From Trichoplax sp. H2 (taxonomy: Eukaryota), in the NCBI GenBank assembly GCA_003344405.1, contig NOWV01000018.1, forward strand, positions 1-64,000: a stretch of DNA of 64,000 bases, written 5' to 3'. Below, in pieces: positions 40,571 to 53,476 of this stretch. The notes beneath the pieces were generated by a model, which saw only the letters and a list, made by a program, of their open reading frames with translations, searched no databases and was not told the origin of the DNA. Every line of letters begins with the position of its first letter. Position 1 is the stretch's first letter. A program made the translations under genes and the position numbers.

Positions 40571-42241
40571 AACCGTCTAAATTATAACATAAGAGCATTT
40601 TCCTATATTAATTTTAATCTTGAAAATTCTAGACTAGTGCACGTATCTAGCTGATATTTCTACTTCATGCCGATAAAAGTGTACGAAGTGAGAGTGCTCG
40701 TTATAGTTGATATTAAAATACGAAAAATACGTATAGAGTATGAGCTCCTGACTTCGAGATTTAGAGGATATTTATTTACTATCTGTATTATATACCGTAA
40801 AGAACTATCTATGGCCGGATCGATATTTTTAACATGAGTGTTTTTTGCCATTAACTTTCCAATCGATATCAATCTTAGTCGATATTTTAAAGTGATATCG
40901 ATATACAATTCATAATTTTATGAGCATGTTTAGATATTTTATCTTAATAGCAGTCTTGATAAACTAGTTTTTTAAGTCAATTTATAATCATCTTTATATT
41001 TACATTATGCTAGATTGACCCTTTAAACCTGCATCTGTTTTGGAATTAATTTTAAGCCTCTTTATACAGTAGATATTTTCAAATTTTATATCGATCTTAA
41101 CAGGCTCTCTAATCCTGTATTCATTGATGTTTGAATTGATTTAGTTTAAGGTCTCATTGATGGCTATATTAGTATTTCCTATTCATATAGCCCAGAACGA
41201 ATTTATTGTGTTATAATATTTCAATATTTTAACTTAAGGTACTTCAAATTCCTTCGTAGATTTTTTTTCAAACGGAAAGTTGTAGCCATCTTGACAAGCT
41301 TTCTAATGGAATTTCAATAAAATTTTAAAGTTTCTTTCTACTTGCTTTCATGCTACTACCCATTTCTTAGTCCATATTCTATGAAATCGACTATAGGGCC
41401 CACTATTATTCAGTTATTTGTTACGCCATAATGAATTTAAATGATAACTAGTACCGATAATAGATTCTTTTCGTACTTATCATTGTAGAAATATTGTATA
41501 ACAGAAAAATTTCATTATCCTATTTTAGCATAGCAGAAATTCATTGACTTACCTTTGATGACACTACTAAAAAATGGAATTTTCTCACATTCAGTGGACA
41601 TGCATTCAGAACATTTTCGATGATATTTTTTCCTGTTTACATTTGATTGAAAATGTCAGGGAGATAGCATTACTTCAAAGTGCATGTAATTAGTTACCCC
41701 TCATAACTTATTAATAACGAAGAAATAGAATAAGCTAAAAATAAATGAAAATTTTCTTAATTTCATACATAATTATTACAGTGATTAAATCGTAGGCATT
41801 CGATACGGTGATACAATCAAACACACCAACATGAACAGAACGAGTATAAATTATATAGTCTGCGGCTTCATTAGTTTATACTCGATCAACAATAACGGTA
41901 TCAGCATTGCAAATCTTAATATTTGTTTACAAGCAGATCTACACTTAAGGCCTACAGCAAATTTTAGATCACTTGATGGATCAATTCTTTCCGTTATCCA
42001 TTAATAAAATAACGTGAAAAGGATACAAATTATATCGGTGAGTCTAGTTTATTGTTGTCTAAGCAAATAGGACTGATATAATGAGCTTTTAAACTTCTTT
42101 TAATGAAGCTTACGATAGATCGTGGCAAGGGTAAAGGAGTTAAATTTCTACTGACTCATCTAACTCTACAGTGGGTTCAAATAGTTCTATCCAATTATTT
42201 CATATTGGTGCTTTGGTTAACTAGTTCCTTCAATTAGCACA

Positions 42242-42451
42242 AATAGATCAACTGGTTAAAACTAGGCAAATTTGAATACATCCACCTTAAAAAATGACTG
42301 TTATGGCATTAAACAGAGATTTACTGTGGTGCTACTCCGCAATATTCAATAGATCAATTAGTTACAACTAGGCGAATTGGAATACATCCACTTTTAAAAA
42401 AATGACTGTTATTGCATTAAATAGAGATTTACTGTGGCGCTACTCCGCAAT
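42242..42451 (+). repeat. ~105-bp tandem duplication
   Basis: aatagatcaa...gaatacatccac...aaaaatgactgttat.gcattaaa.agagatttactgtgg.gctactccgcaat occurs twice (42242-42343, 42348-42451). Confidence 0.93.
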
Positions 42452-43172
42452 GTTTAGATGTAAGGAGAGTTTTTGTAACAACTCGGTACTAGCTATGCAA
42501 GCTAGCGTGAAATATCTAATTATTATATGTAGATACAATCCTTTAAGATATTGAAATTCATATTATGAAGTTAGGTCAGAATGTAGGTATCATCATATAC
42601 TTGTACTTAAAATGACGAGATAGGAATATTACCGTATAAGAAAGAAATCTGAAACAAGATTAGTATTCTTCGTGAATTTTCTAGTTATATCTAGTTATAC
42701 TCGTATTCTGTTTTCAGATATTGCATCATGAAAGAATATACGATAGCAAATAGAATTAGGAATAATTTAAATATAGAAAAAAATGCTTTTGGATGTTTCT
42801 ATTGCAAACTATTTTCAACTATTATTACCTATATATTGACGAATGGATAAAATCTAAAATAAAAAACCAGGTAATTCGAGATATCAATTAATAAACCATG
42901 AGTGGTATACAGGGCTTTTTCTGATGTAGGTTTAAAATATTCGATTTCGAACGGGAACAGGTCAGAAATTTCAGGCATTATTATTATTATAAGTCAATCT
43001 TGAACAATCGCTTCAGTACGAATTGAAAAATGAGTTAAAATAAACCGAGATAACGATTTATAGTTTCCTTCAGTCTTGTAAACCATAAATAAGGGGTAGA
43101 TATTGTAGAAAAGATAATTGGGAACTATCGTATGAAATAAAAATCTAAGCTAGACTGATTATAGATATTATC

Positions 43173-43520
43173 ATGGCAACACAATTTGGGAGCAAACGGA
43201 GGCCTTTTGAGGTAGACTTCTTATACAAATCAGTTCCGATAGGTGGGAAATGGTTTTTGCAGATTTTTAGAGTATTACGGGAAGATAGTTAAATCTAGTC
43301 TATTAACTAGTTCCGGATCGTGACAGGAAATACTTAAAACACAAATTAAATTGATAATTTATAGCCTCCGCCGAAGATCAGCTTCCTTTATAACGGATCG
43401 ATATCAGATAAATAGGTTCCGCCAAGAAATCTAATTAGACTTATCCTAAGTGATAATGAATCAAACACTGTACTAGGAAAGATCCGAAATGCAATGGAAT
43501 ATGAAATAACTTTTTAACAC
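43173..43520 (+). mobile_element. Possible decayed LTR-retrotransposon integrase core
   Basis: KRRPFEVDFLYKSVPIGGKWFLQIF and LILSDNESN resemble the RPF..v.vDf and I.SDNG.nF integrase motifs. Interrupted by stops; no LTRs seen. Confidence 0.25.
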
Positions 43521-43947
43521 ATGCTAAATTTCATTCTGTACGCATTTAAATTTTACTCATCGCAATAATAAGTTATAGTAGGTGTTACGGTAGTAAATTA
43601 TATGAGGACTCTATTTTAGATTATTTTTATATTTATTTTTATATTATACTGAAAGATTATCTTAGGTCAACATCTGGCCTTAGCAATGCGCACAATCTCT
43701 TCAACTAGAGGAAATTAGCCTAATGTAAAGTTTGTTAAACTGTGTCCAGGAGTTTAATAGTAAAGAAGAAAATTGAAAAAAGATTGTATGTGTGACATTA
43801 ACCAGTACGAGTAGAGTATCATGAATACGTTAAATTGGTCCATTGTTACTTGTGTAACTAAACCGTTTAAAAGACTCAAAGCCTATTTAACTTGTGATCA
43901 TCGCATCGCTAATAAATTAGATCCTGGTCTTTTAGTAAGATTAGTAG

Positions 43948-44200
43948 CCTTATTGTAATTTTCCCTAGTTTGATCTAGCGTTAGAATACCAGCGAATTGG
44001 TATTCCAATTTTAAAGTCGATTATGATTTTCCAGAAGGATTATATTATTTTACAGGCCTTATTGTGCTTCACTCTAGCGTAAATTAATCTAGCATTGGAA
44101 TACCATCAAATTAGTATTCCAATTTCAAATTCGATTATGATTTTAGAGGACTTATTATGATTTGTCCTGGCTTAATCTAATCGGTATTCCAATTTCAAGC
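43948..44200 (+). repeat. Degenerate tandem array (2 full units + 1 partial, ~105 bp) with an internal inverted repeat
   Basis: ccttattgt...atctagc.tt.gaatacca.c.aatt.gtattccaattt.aa.tcgattatgatttt is repeated. TTGGAATAC...GTATTCCAA stem at about 44095-44122. Confidence 0.8.
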
Positions 44201-45439
44201 TAAGGGAACAACATTCTCAATACAATGTACAAGTTAGGAATATTCCTGGCCTATAATTAATAATGCACTATAACTTGACCACATACCCTACAAATATTGC
44301 TAAGTATCTTGTAGTATGGACGAAAAAGTTCTAATTGAATTTGTTCAATTTCACCTTTGAGATGATTTAGTAATCTCATTCAATAATTCCTGCGAAATTC
44401 TGATAAATTGCTTTTGATAAATTAATGCTTTATTAACTCTTCTACCGAAAAAGCCCCTTTTCTATTGATTAATACTAATTTGTTCTAATTTAGAGCAAGT
44501 TATTTTTCTATTTAACCCAGTTTAAATGTATTACGTTTAAATTATTCTTTAGTACAATAAGTTAATTAATTTCAAATTAATATAAGCAGATTTTTAAGGT
44601 TTAGCTATCTAATTTAAATATGTACAAGCGGACGAAATGGAAGATCCATTCCATTTTACAAATTAATTAATGCTAAATCTAAATAGCCAATAAGACTCTT
44701 GTCTCATACTATGAAACTGGTTTAAACAGGATAGTGAAGGATAGGTCAAATTATCCCGCAAAATTTTTCCTATCTTAGGTTGTAAACCGGGGTAGCTTTT
44801 CTTAACGACTACATTAATTGTAGGTGTCAAAATCGTCAGCGAATAATTAGTATAAGATTTTATTCCTAATACTAATTGAAATGACTAACAAGATTTCATT
44901 TTCAAGGCATGAAATCGATTAAATCAAAGTGTAAAAGGTAATCAAAATAAGAAAATAAATCTTCTATTTCAAATCGGAAATCAAATTGAAGATTTAGATT
45001 CATTGCCTGGATAAAATTGTAAATAAATCATTTTAAACTAGCCTGTTTATCCTCACTAAAATACCGCAATGGTCATAAATGGTTAAATTAAAAGATACGG
45101 TAATTAAGTTGCAAAAAAATTAGATCATTTAAGCTTAGGGATATTGAATTGTCCTCACCTGCAAGATTTGCAGCGTAACCCAAGAAAAAGGATAGCTTTG
45201 TGACAACTATCACAGCGTTGATTGCATAAAATCTTCCTTGTATAGCTAAAGTAAACAAGATGAGATTAATATTGAATGAAAGAGCTAATATGAAACATGA
45301 TAATATAATAAAGTACGACAGCATATTCGATTTTTAAACAGCATACTGGCGCTAATCATTTAAAATTCAATATCAAAATCAATGGCGCCATATCTAGTTT
45401 GAATCTAGAAGTTATCATTTAAATTTCTACTTGGTCACT

Positions 45440-45640
45440 CATGGAATTTACAAGAGAAAAATTGTGGATTTTTTTGTTGGGTACCGCCTTTTAGATGCGT
45501 AAGTTACACGAGCCTTAGCCAGATTTGCGTACAAAAATGGATATTTTATATCATGCTGTTCGGTAGTTGAGCTATGTATTGGCTTTACGAACGATGTGTT
45601 AACAGGATATGTTTTCTTCTCCGTTTAAATGCAAATGAAA
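45440..45640 (+). pseudogene. Possible decayed GPCR TM6-TM7 fragment
   Basis: GFFCWVPPF (CWxP motif, 45466-45492) followed by hydrophobic, stop-interrupted peptides. Confidence 0.25.
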
Positions 45641-47299
45641 AGATAATATTAGAGACTCATGGCCCATTAGGTTGAATGTTTTGTCTTAGCTTTTCATGGG
45701 TGCCACAGTCGTTCAGAAAAGAATAATGAAGATATTGCTTATGATCGACATTTTAATTTGTTTGAAGTTTACTATCCTAAACCCAGGGCCAAAGATTGCT
45801 TTTATCTTAGCTTACTTGACTGAGTTATAGATTCAAAGGTGTCATCATAAACAAACGACTATAAAATTGGATATCTTTAATCTTAGACCGTATGAATGTG
45901 ACTATCATAACTGCTAAAGAAGAAAAACATGATGATCTTCATTTCTTGAAGTAATATTTTAAAATATTACGGTAATTATATCGCCATAATGCGAATTTTA
46001 GTTTGTGTGAACGTTATTTAGAAAACACCACTCTGCTATATCATGAGTTGGAAGTTTTACTTTATTTTATGGGAAAATTAAACATTGAAGGAAAAGAATG
46101 GAAAGACTGTTCTATAAAAGAATGATTCCATATTATTTCGTACGGTTAAAGAATTAGCTTGAAGCCGTCCATAGAATAGCATCCAAATGGGTATTCTTGT
46201 TTTATTTTATGCTGCCATTTTGGTCAAAGAAAAATGAGTATATTGCTTTAAAAGTAGATATTCTGATATCAGAAAGTGAATAACGGGTAATAAAAAATCC
46301 CTGCATATCAATTCTATTATGGATTTATTGTACAATTCTAGAATGGGTTAATACTTAGGGGTGAACTAGTTACTCTTCTATTGATTAACTAAGTTGGCAA
46401 GGTCTGTATCAAGTGGCAAGCGGTCCTCTTTTTTGGCTTGGATAGTCAATATGAATTAATGTACGAGTACAGTCATGGCTGGAAAAAGAAACTATCTCGT
46501 GACTATAAATATAGCCGTTTCCGCCTAGAGATATATAAATCAGGTATAGACTATTTGTTCATTAAGCATTGATACGATGTACTGTGTTAGTATTGAAGTA
46601 GATATTTTTGTAGCCTTCTTTTCGTATTGAAAAGAGGCGGCAAACCTTGAAGCCACCGCTTACGCAATCAATGATTTGATGTGAATGATTTTAGAAAATA
46701 AGCCATCAAATGTACCTTTTAATAGCCATTTTAATCCTTTATTAAGTTGGAATTGGTTATTTCTACCCTATAGAAAGGACCTATTAAACTTATACTTTCT
46801 TTAACTCTATTTATTAATTATCAATCTTCTCTAAATTCAATCTTTAAGTTTATGCTTGTAACTAAGACAAGTGCTATGAGTAAATTAATTAAGTTTACCT
46901 TAGTCGAGAGATCAATTGTTCCTACTAGGGCAACTGATCTTTCATATTACTGTAATGTCGTAATTGTCCATCTGACATCAACATCCAAGAACTATTGATT
47001 TAGTTGTATAATACAATTCCTACTATTGATTCGTATATTTTATACAGTAGTAAAATACATTGCAGCTAAGAGCGATTGAAATAGTTAACAATTTGATATT
47101 AGTTTTACATAGAAGGTAGCAATTTGGTCATTGATCCATTTATACAATCGACAATAGATTGATTCTTACTTAGCTAAAATGGATACCAGTCTATTAAGTC
47201 ACCAATAGATGCATTTTTCTCTCCTTGAGAACTGTCTATACTGTAGTATTGAACTGAACTAACGCTAGAAAATAATATTTTTACCTTTAATAATGCCGT

Positions 47300-48000
47300 T
47301 AATGATACTTTTAAGGAGGAAAAATAGACTTGGATGGAGACAACGTTGTGGAAAAATTTAGGGGAAACACGGCTGATGAATATTTTTCAATCTTCAATTC
47401 TACTAAAATAACGGTGCTTCTATTGATTGACGACGCTTTAGAAGATTAGATGTTGATTATAGTATACTAACATGGGTATAAGCATATGGAATTCATTTCT
47501 TCTAATAGCGCCATTTCAACCAAAGTAGGACTATAGGAGGAATAGTAATAAGGCCTAATTGATGTATAAGTAATACAATTGCTATTCTAGACCATCAGAT
47601 CAAATTGATCATCATCCGTAGAATATATAAACTACTTGTGGAGAAAAACAGAGGGTAAAATAACTAATCAAGATGGTAAGACTTTGAAAAAAAACACTTT
47701 ATTGTGTAATAGCGGTAAGAAAAGAGAAACCAGGAAAGAACAGCAGTATCGACACCACCATTTATAAGCGACATTTGATAAAGCCATTGCTGAATCGTAT
47801 CAGAAGACGATAAAGAAATTTGAATGTCTTAATAATAACAGTGGAAAATGATTGATGACTGTAGTTGGATTATAATGCCATTAATCCAATCAATTATATA
47901 TATAACCCATCTACTAAGAGAAAACTCCTTTTGGACAGAAAACTTTATTAAGCTAGGCTACAGCAATACGATGCTATAAAATTAAAGTTGAAATCATTAT
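47300..48000 (-). pseudogene. Decayed LGR-type (glycoprotein-hormone/relaxin receptor-like) 7TM region
   Basis: Collinear motifs SYCCSL (hinge), IGLMAL*SN (TM1), HSNFFIV (TM2), KWW...C, GFSFLTAITQ*SVFFQSLT (TM3), LITIPP (TM4) and NSICL (ECL2), with stops and frameshifts. Confidence 0.45.
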
Positions 48001-48117
48001 CTGATTTACAAATAGACTGAAAGGGATACGAGTGATTTTCGTTTAACTTTCAGAAAAATAAATGTGGAAAAATTCAAATATAGATCATGGATGAGTCAAA
48101 ATTCTTTGTGGTTTAAT

Positions 48118-48277
48118 AGGAAATCTCCTGTTCAATAGCTGTATAGACCAAGCGAAATTCATGTAATAAGGCAACATTAAACAGTCAAAGTTCATAGTGA
48201 TTCAATAAGAAATTCTCCTGTTCAGTAGTTACTTCGATCAAGTAAAATCCATGTAATAAGGTAATGTTTAACCGTAG
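48118..48277 (+). repeat. Diverged ~70-bp direct repeat pair
   Basis: gaaat.ctcctgttca.tag...caag..aaat.catgtaataagg.aa occurs at 48118 and 48207. Confidence 0.75.
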
Positions 48278-48519
48278 CTGAAGTGATGACTCGGTTAGCT
48301 AATAATTTTGTAATAATAGAGATACAAATTGGTATAAATACGATTAAAAAGAAACGAAGAAACAGATAGAGGGTTGACTAATTCTCCTTTCCTTCCCCCG
48401 GAATTTCTAGATGATTTCATAGGAAGAATCCTTTAGATCGATATTTGGTATGTATTAAAAATATGTTTAAAGTTCTATTGCAGTACTATACTATAATTAG
48501 AATTAGAATTCAATTTACT

Positions 48520-49180
48520 AATAGATCTAAAAGCGTATAAGTATTCAATCTCCACGATAAGAAAGTTAGGGAGAAAATAGAAGATAAGATAATGCCACTG
48601 AATGCTAATAAAATTTCACATGGTTTACGGTTAAGCTCTTTCAAGATAGCTGCGTCATATTTCCACATTATACTGTTGTTCTAGTCATAGCCCCATCTAT
48701 TAATGGAATGGCAAGGAGTAAATGTCTAATATAAATAAGCATGCAATCATAAAGAAGTAAAGAAATGTAGATGATAGGTGATGTCATTGGCTAGCAAAAG
48801 ATTATTCGAATGTTTTCTCCATCATACTTTCAATAATAAAACCGGATAATCGAGTAAAAATCAATCTAGTCAATACATAAAAAAAATAAATTATAATTTT
48901 CTAGCGTGAATATGAGAGAAAATAACTATCATATTTTGATAATCATACAGATAAAAAAATTGGCCACCAATTGAGTTACTCTTTGAAAGTGTCAAAAGGC
49001 GATGATAGAAGTAGCACAGCTTGGACAGATGGCAATATACTACGGCTAGTAAAACTGCAATAGAGTCTTACAATATTAGAGGACGTTGCTATTGCCGATA
49101 TTGATTTTAAGGATAGGTAAATCAATATTCCTAGCATTTACAGATGGATATAACAGCATCAGAAAGTGATGGAGAAAGTG
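48520..49180 (-). pseudogene. Possible decayed class A GPCR
   Basis: IGNSNVL (TM1-like), LLLAIPLI/WGY (TM4 end) and AFSGIILSSIFSLTFLSW (TM5-like) in broken frames. Confidence 0.25.
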
Positions 49181-49779
49181 AGACGTCTTACGATATCGTG
49201 AATCTTCAATAAAAGCTAAATCAGATAGCTTTAATTTTGAAGTAGCGACAAGGGAAAAAATAGGAAACTGCTTTCAATAATATTGAGTTGAGTATGAGAA
49301 GATCACTAAATGTGTATTATTCACAGTTATTGGGAATGGACTTTTTTTATGCAGATTAATCCATCATCAATTAGATTTATCCTACATCTAAAATGAATCA
49401 AATAGATTTCCAGCCAAGACTACTGTAGTAGCACCGTATCCCTTGACTGGAGAGAGCCTATACCCAATCTGTCGATTGATTTTATTTTTAAGTCAGAGTA
49501 TGGCGCATAGTATATAGAACAATCAATAATTATTGGCGATTAGAGTAACAAGGAAGATCCAGATAAAAAAAATAATGGAAAGATAGAAAATTGAATTTTG
49601 TTAAAATTTTGTTCATTTTATAACTAGTTTATATCATAGTGGGAACTGAGCTTCGAGTTAAGATCTTTTAATTTACCTATGCTGGCGTTTCATCATGTTT
49701 AGATCAAATTGAAGCAATCTGAGTCATGAACCAATTAAATATTCACCCAATAATACCTCGATTCACCTTGGCAGCGAGC

Positions 49780-50480
49780 CACTTCTAGAAGAAGAATTTT
49801 CAAATATCTAGCGGATATAGCCCAAGAAAGGATCGACGTATAACTAGCTAAAAAATAGTCAAACAGCTTCAGTTTAATAGAATACCAATGGAATTGAAGA
49901 TCAATGCCAAGATGATAAAGATCGATAGACTAAAATGTGTCAATACTTGCCCCTGAATGTTCCTATTGAATGTGCTTAAATTTCTTTTCTCTTGACTACT
50001 TTACCCTTCAAGCCTTTTCTTTTTTACCCTGCAGTTGGTTATAAACTTGATGTAATACTAGGCCTTGCGACGCAATCCTGTTGGTAGATATAATAACCTT
50101 CGGTCAATAGCATCAACAAAATTTGTTCCGTTATTCACTTGATGATGGCTTTGTTCTATTCTAATTATATTGTTCAAATGATGTTGGAATAGTGTATAGA
50201 ATAGCGTGGATATCAATAAACAACAAGATCATATAGAAATCATGATAATAATGGATATTTTCTTCAACTGTATTTTCAGTTCTTTTCATCATGGTCGTAT
50301 CTATTCATCAAGCAGTTGTCAATATTGTAAAGAAATTGGGAAATATATTCATTGATATGTGCAAAATACCAGTAGCCCCTAAGGATACGATCCAGCCTTC
50401 ATATCCTCTATCGATGCACTTTTAAATGGCCCAGTTATGTGCTACAAAATGATACTGAATGACTGAATATTGAGAACAAA
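49780..50480 (-). pseudogene. Possible decayed class A GPCR
   Basis: GWIVSLGATGILHISMN..TILTT, NRY, KKISIIIMISI*SCCLLISTL (TM4 with W to stop) and IFIILALIFNSIGILLN. Confidence 0.3.
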
Positions 50481-52539
50481 GTCATTTGATTATGGATGAT
50501 TTTTTTCTCACCATCTCCTAATTCAATTCAATTTCCTTCCAACCAAGTAAATAAAGTCGTTTCTCAGAATTACTATCATATTAATTATAATTTGTCCATG
50601 CAATCACAGATAATTCATAGTATTGGAGCACTTGGCTATCCGTTAACCTATTATAATCAACAATCATTTATTCCAGTAAAACTTCAAAAGCACATTGATA
50701 ACTATCGTCTTTGCGTCGTACAATTTGATAATCTATGATCATCTTCATTGACTATATTATTAATCTTATACATTGACCGCTTATATTAGCTAAAATGGAG
50801 CTAGTATACAGGCTAAAAACTGTGTAGAAAACGCACATTTTTTTCTTATGATTGATAATTATACTGTAATAGTTATTCTCCAAGACATATAAGGTGTCTT
50901 TGCATTACTGACAACTTACTGTTGAGATCAAGAAAAGAATTAACTTAGATATCCTTCAAATATTCACTGATTATGCCTATTATAGACAGAGCTACAAGAT
51001 GTGCAATAATAAATGATCCTAATGACTTTAAAAATCCAATCTTCTTATATTGTGTAAATGCGTTATTTTTGATGATTTATGAACACTAAATTACATTGTT
51101 AGTAAATGCCTTTTCCAATTAAGTAAAAAATTAATTATAAAAGATTAACTGTGATATGGTCCTACTAAACATTTGCTGCTTATGACGATTAAAATGTAGC
51201 TACTAAATGCAATTTGCTCATGGTCTAAAAAAGTTTTCCAATATTTACGTTACTGTAAGGAAAGCAATCATTTCTTCAAAGTCTGCAACAATTCCTCTTA
51301 CAATTCGTATTCATAGGCTTCCGGAATACGTAAGGAAATAAACAATCGATATGCAATCAATTCTAATATCACTCCCTTAGACCCACCTTTTATGTCTACT
51401 AGCATACAGTGGCTTTTGTTTCACTAAAATCCAAACATTTGTTCTACTCGTCTAAGAAATTGCTGTTGTGCAGGATTTGTACAACATTATCTTTCAGCTC
51501 AAGTAAAGAATCGATAGACTTTATTCATTTCATCTCTGCTCTATTATTATCAGTAAACGGAAGATACCCTTATATTAGACTATAACCATGTAAATCAGTA
51601 AGTTTCAAATGGATCGATATCACGAAGGTTATTATGTCATAATCTCAATTTCCATTAGCTGCAATATGTGCCGTAATCTACAAATAAATTTGAATAAAAA
51701 GATGGATGTTACTCAATTTTTCCACTAGTTATAGAATATTATTCTATTTGTTATTAAGTTAACCGATAAGTTGAGGGTATGAGCCCCTTTTAGAAATAAA
51801 ATAAATCTTGCTTTGCATCCTTGAGCTACAGTGGATACCGCATAGTATCATTATGATCGATTTTTATTCAAATTGTCTACTATTTATATGCATTTAACTA
51901 TAGCCATAAAGCGAAGACAGTCTGGATGGGAAATTGTTTTATGATATTAAAAACAGATTACACTTAGGTAATATTACAGCGATCATTTCAATTTTTATCC
52001 ACTAGCTATAAATTTCACGTTTATGCCTAACCCGAGCGATAGAGAATTTTGATAAGCGTATTTCTAAGAATCGTTAAACACCCATTTTGGTGTACATAAC
52101 GGACACTATTTGACTAGAATAACATCAATTTACACCATTTTAGTCGTTCTATACTGTATTTAATTAAGCATCCAGTATTTGTGCAATTATGTGTCTACCT
52201 AAATGACTATGACCTTAATTTTTCCCATATCGGGATAAAACGCTACTTTTGCACGACCAAGGATACTGAGGTATACTTTTACGAATCCTAAAACCCGGAC
52301 GTAATCATGTTAAATCAATTATTTTTCACTTTCTCATTTAAGGTGAAATAATGCTGTTCGGCTGTTATTTCAATGACCGTATGATATCTTCTAAAAGTTA
52401 TGATGGTAATTGTCTAGATAGGTAATAAGTATTCGATTGCATATTCGGAGAAATTATGACTGATCTCATTTCGATATAAGAAGTAACCCATAAAAGCTAA
52501 AAATTACCTTATTATTCAGGTTTTACCTTCGAATTAATA

Positions 52540-53476
52540 AAGAATCAATTCTTTAAACTTTGAAGTAATTTCTTGCTCGATTTTCAGAAAGGCGAAGACA
52601 ACAATTGACAGACGATGATACAGTTGATGCAATTATGAAAATACCGCTACTCTATCTTAACAACTGTTATAAAGATAATTAGATTATAACAAACATCTTA
52701 TGAGCGAAATATAGCAGCCAATTTTGCAAACGGTCATTTTAATTCATAATAAGATCAATTCTATAACTATTATCAATTTTGACCAACCAATAGTGCTATT
52801 AAATTAAATATTACTGACTAGTTAGCGCCCACACGTTATAGTCTGTTACATAGTTCTGGATAATAATTGTCTGATATAGAAGCCTTATCATCATTATGTA
52901 GAGAATGCGCTTGATGATTATAATATTAAAGGATAGTATATCCATCTTAATAGTCGACCGTCAAGATTTCATTATTCCTGCGCGTCTATCCAAGATAGCA
53001 TTTCTTGTATAGATATTCAATACAGAAATATAGATACCAAGAAATTGGTAAAAATTTCTTGAAGTAAGAATAGGTTAGAGCTAATTGATACTTATCCTTT
53101 CAAACAATCATCGAGTAGCTTGGACAATGTTATGAAAGGCCAGCTGCAATTTAGTGTTTACTTACTAATTAAATATCGTATTGTTAGTTATGGAATCCTT
53201 ACACTTTTGTTGCTAAGCAATAGGGTGGATATTTCTGGTGTTCAGACAGATATATTTGAAATTCAATTAACAAAAAATCTCATTTTTTATCATACCGTCC
53301 ATCATTTATTTCATGCTATAGTTCCGGACCATGCTGATATTGAGCTTGTTAGTAAAATTATTCAGTATGACATTATTTTAAATTCATGGCATCATACAAT
53401 ATATAGCGTAGTATTTGTCATAGTTGCAATGCAAAATACTGGATATTCGATAAATAAAAGTCAAAAGGTTGACTGA
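52540..53476 (+). pseudogene. Decayed leucine-rich-repeat coding sequence
   Basis: LQTVILIHNKINSITIINF, YIVLDNNCL, LILILSNN and LTLLLLSNRVDISGVQTDIF fit LxxLxLxxNxIxxI...F. Stops separate the repeats; the region includes ORF 53120-53476. Confidence 0.35.

Noticed and set aside
50300-50440. Integrase zinc-finger reading (LGHL...RGYWYF...DNC) on the minus strand
   Set aside because: It has two stops and an incomplete CxxC, and flanking frames fit GPCR helices better. It remains ambiguous.
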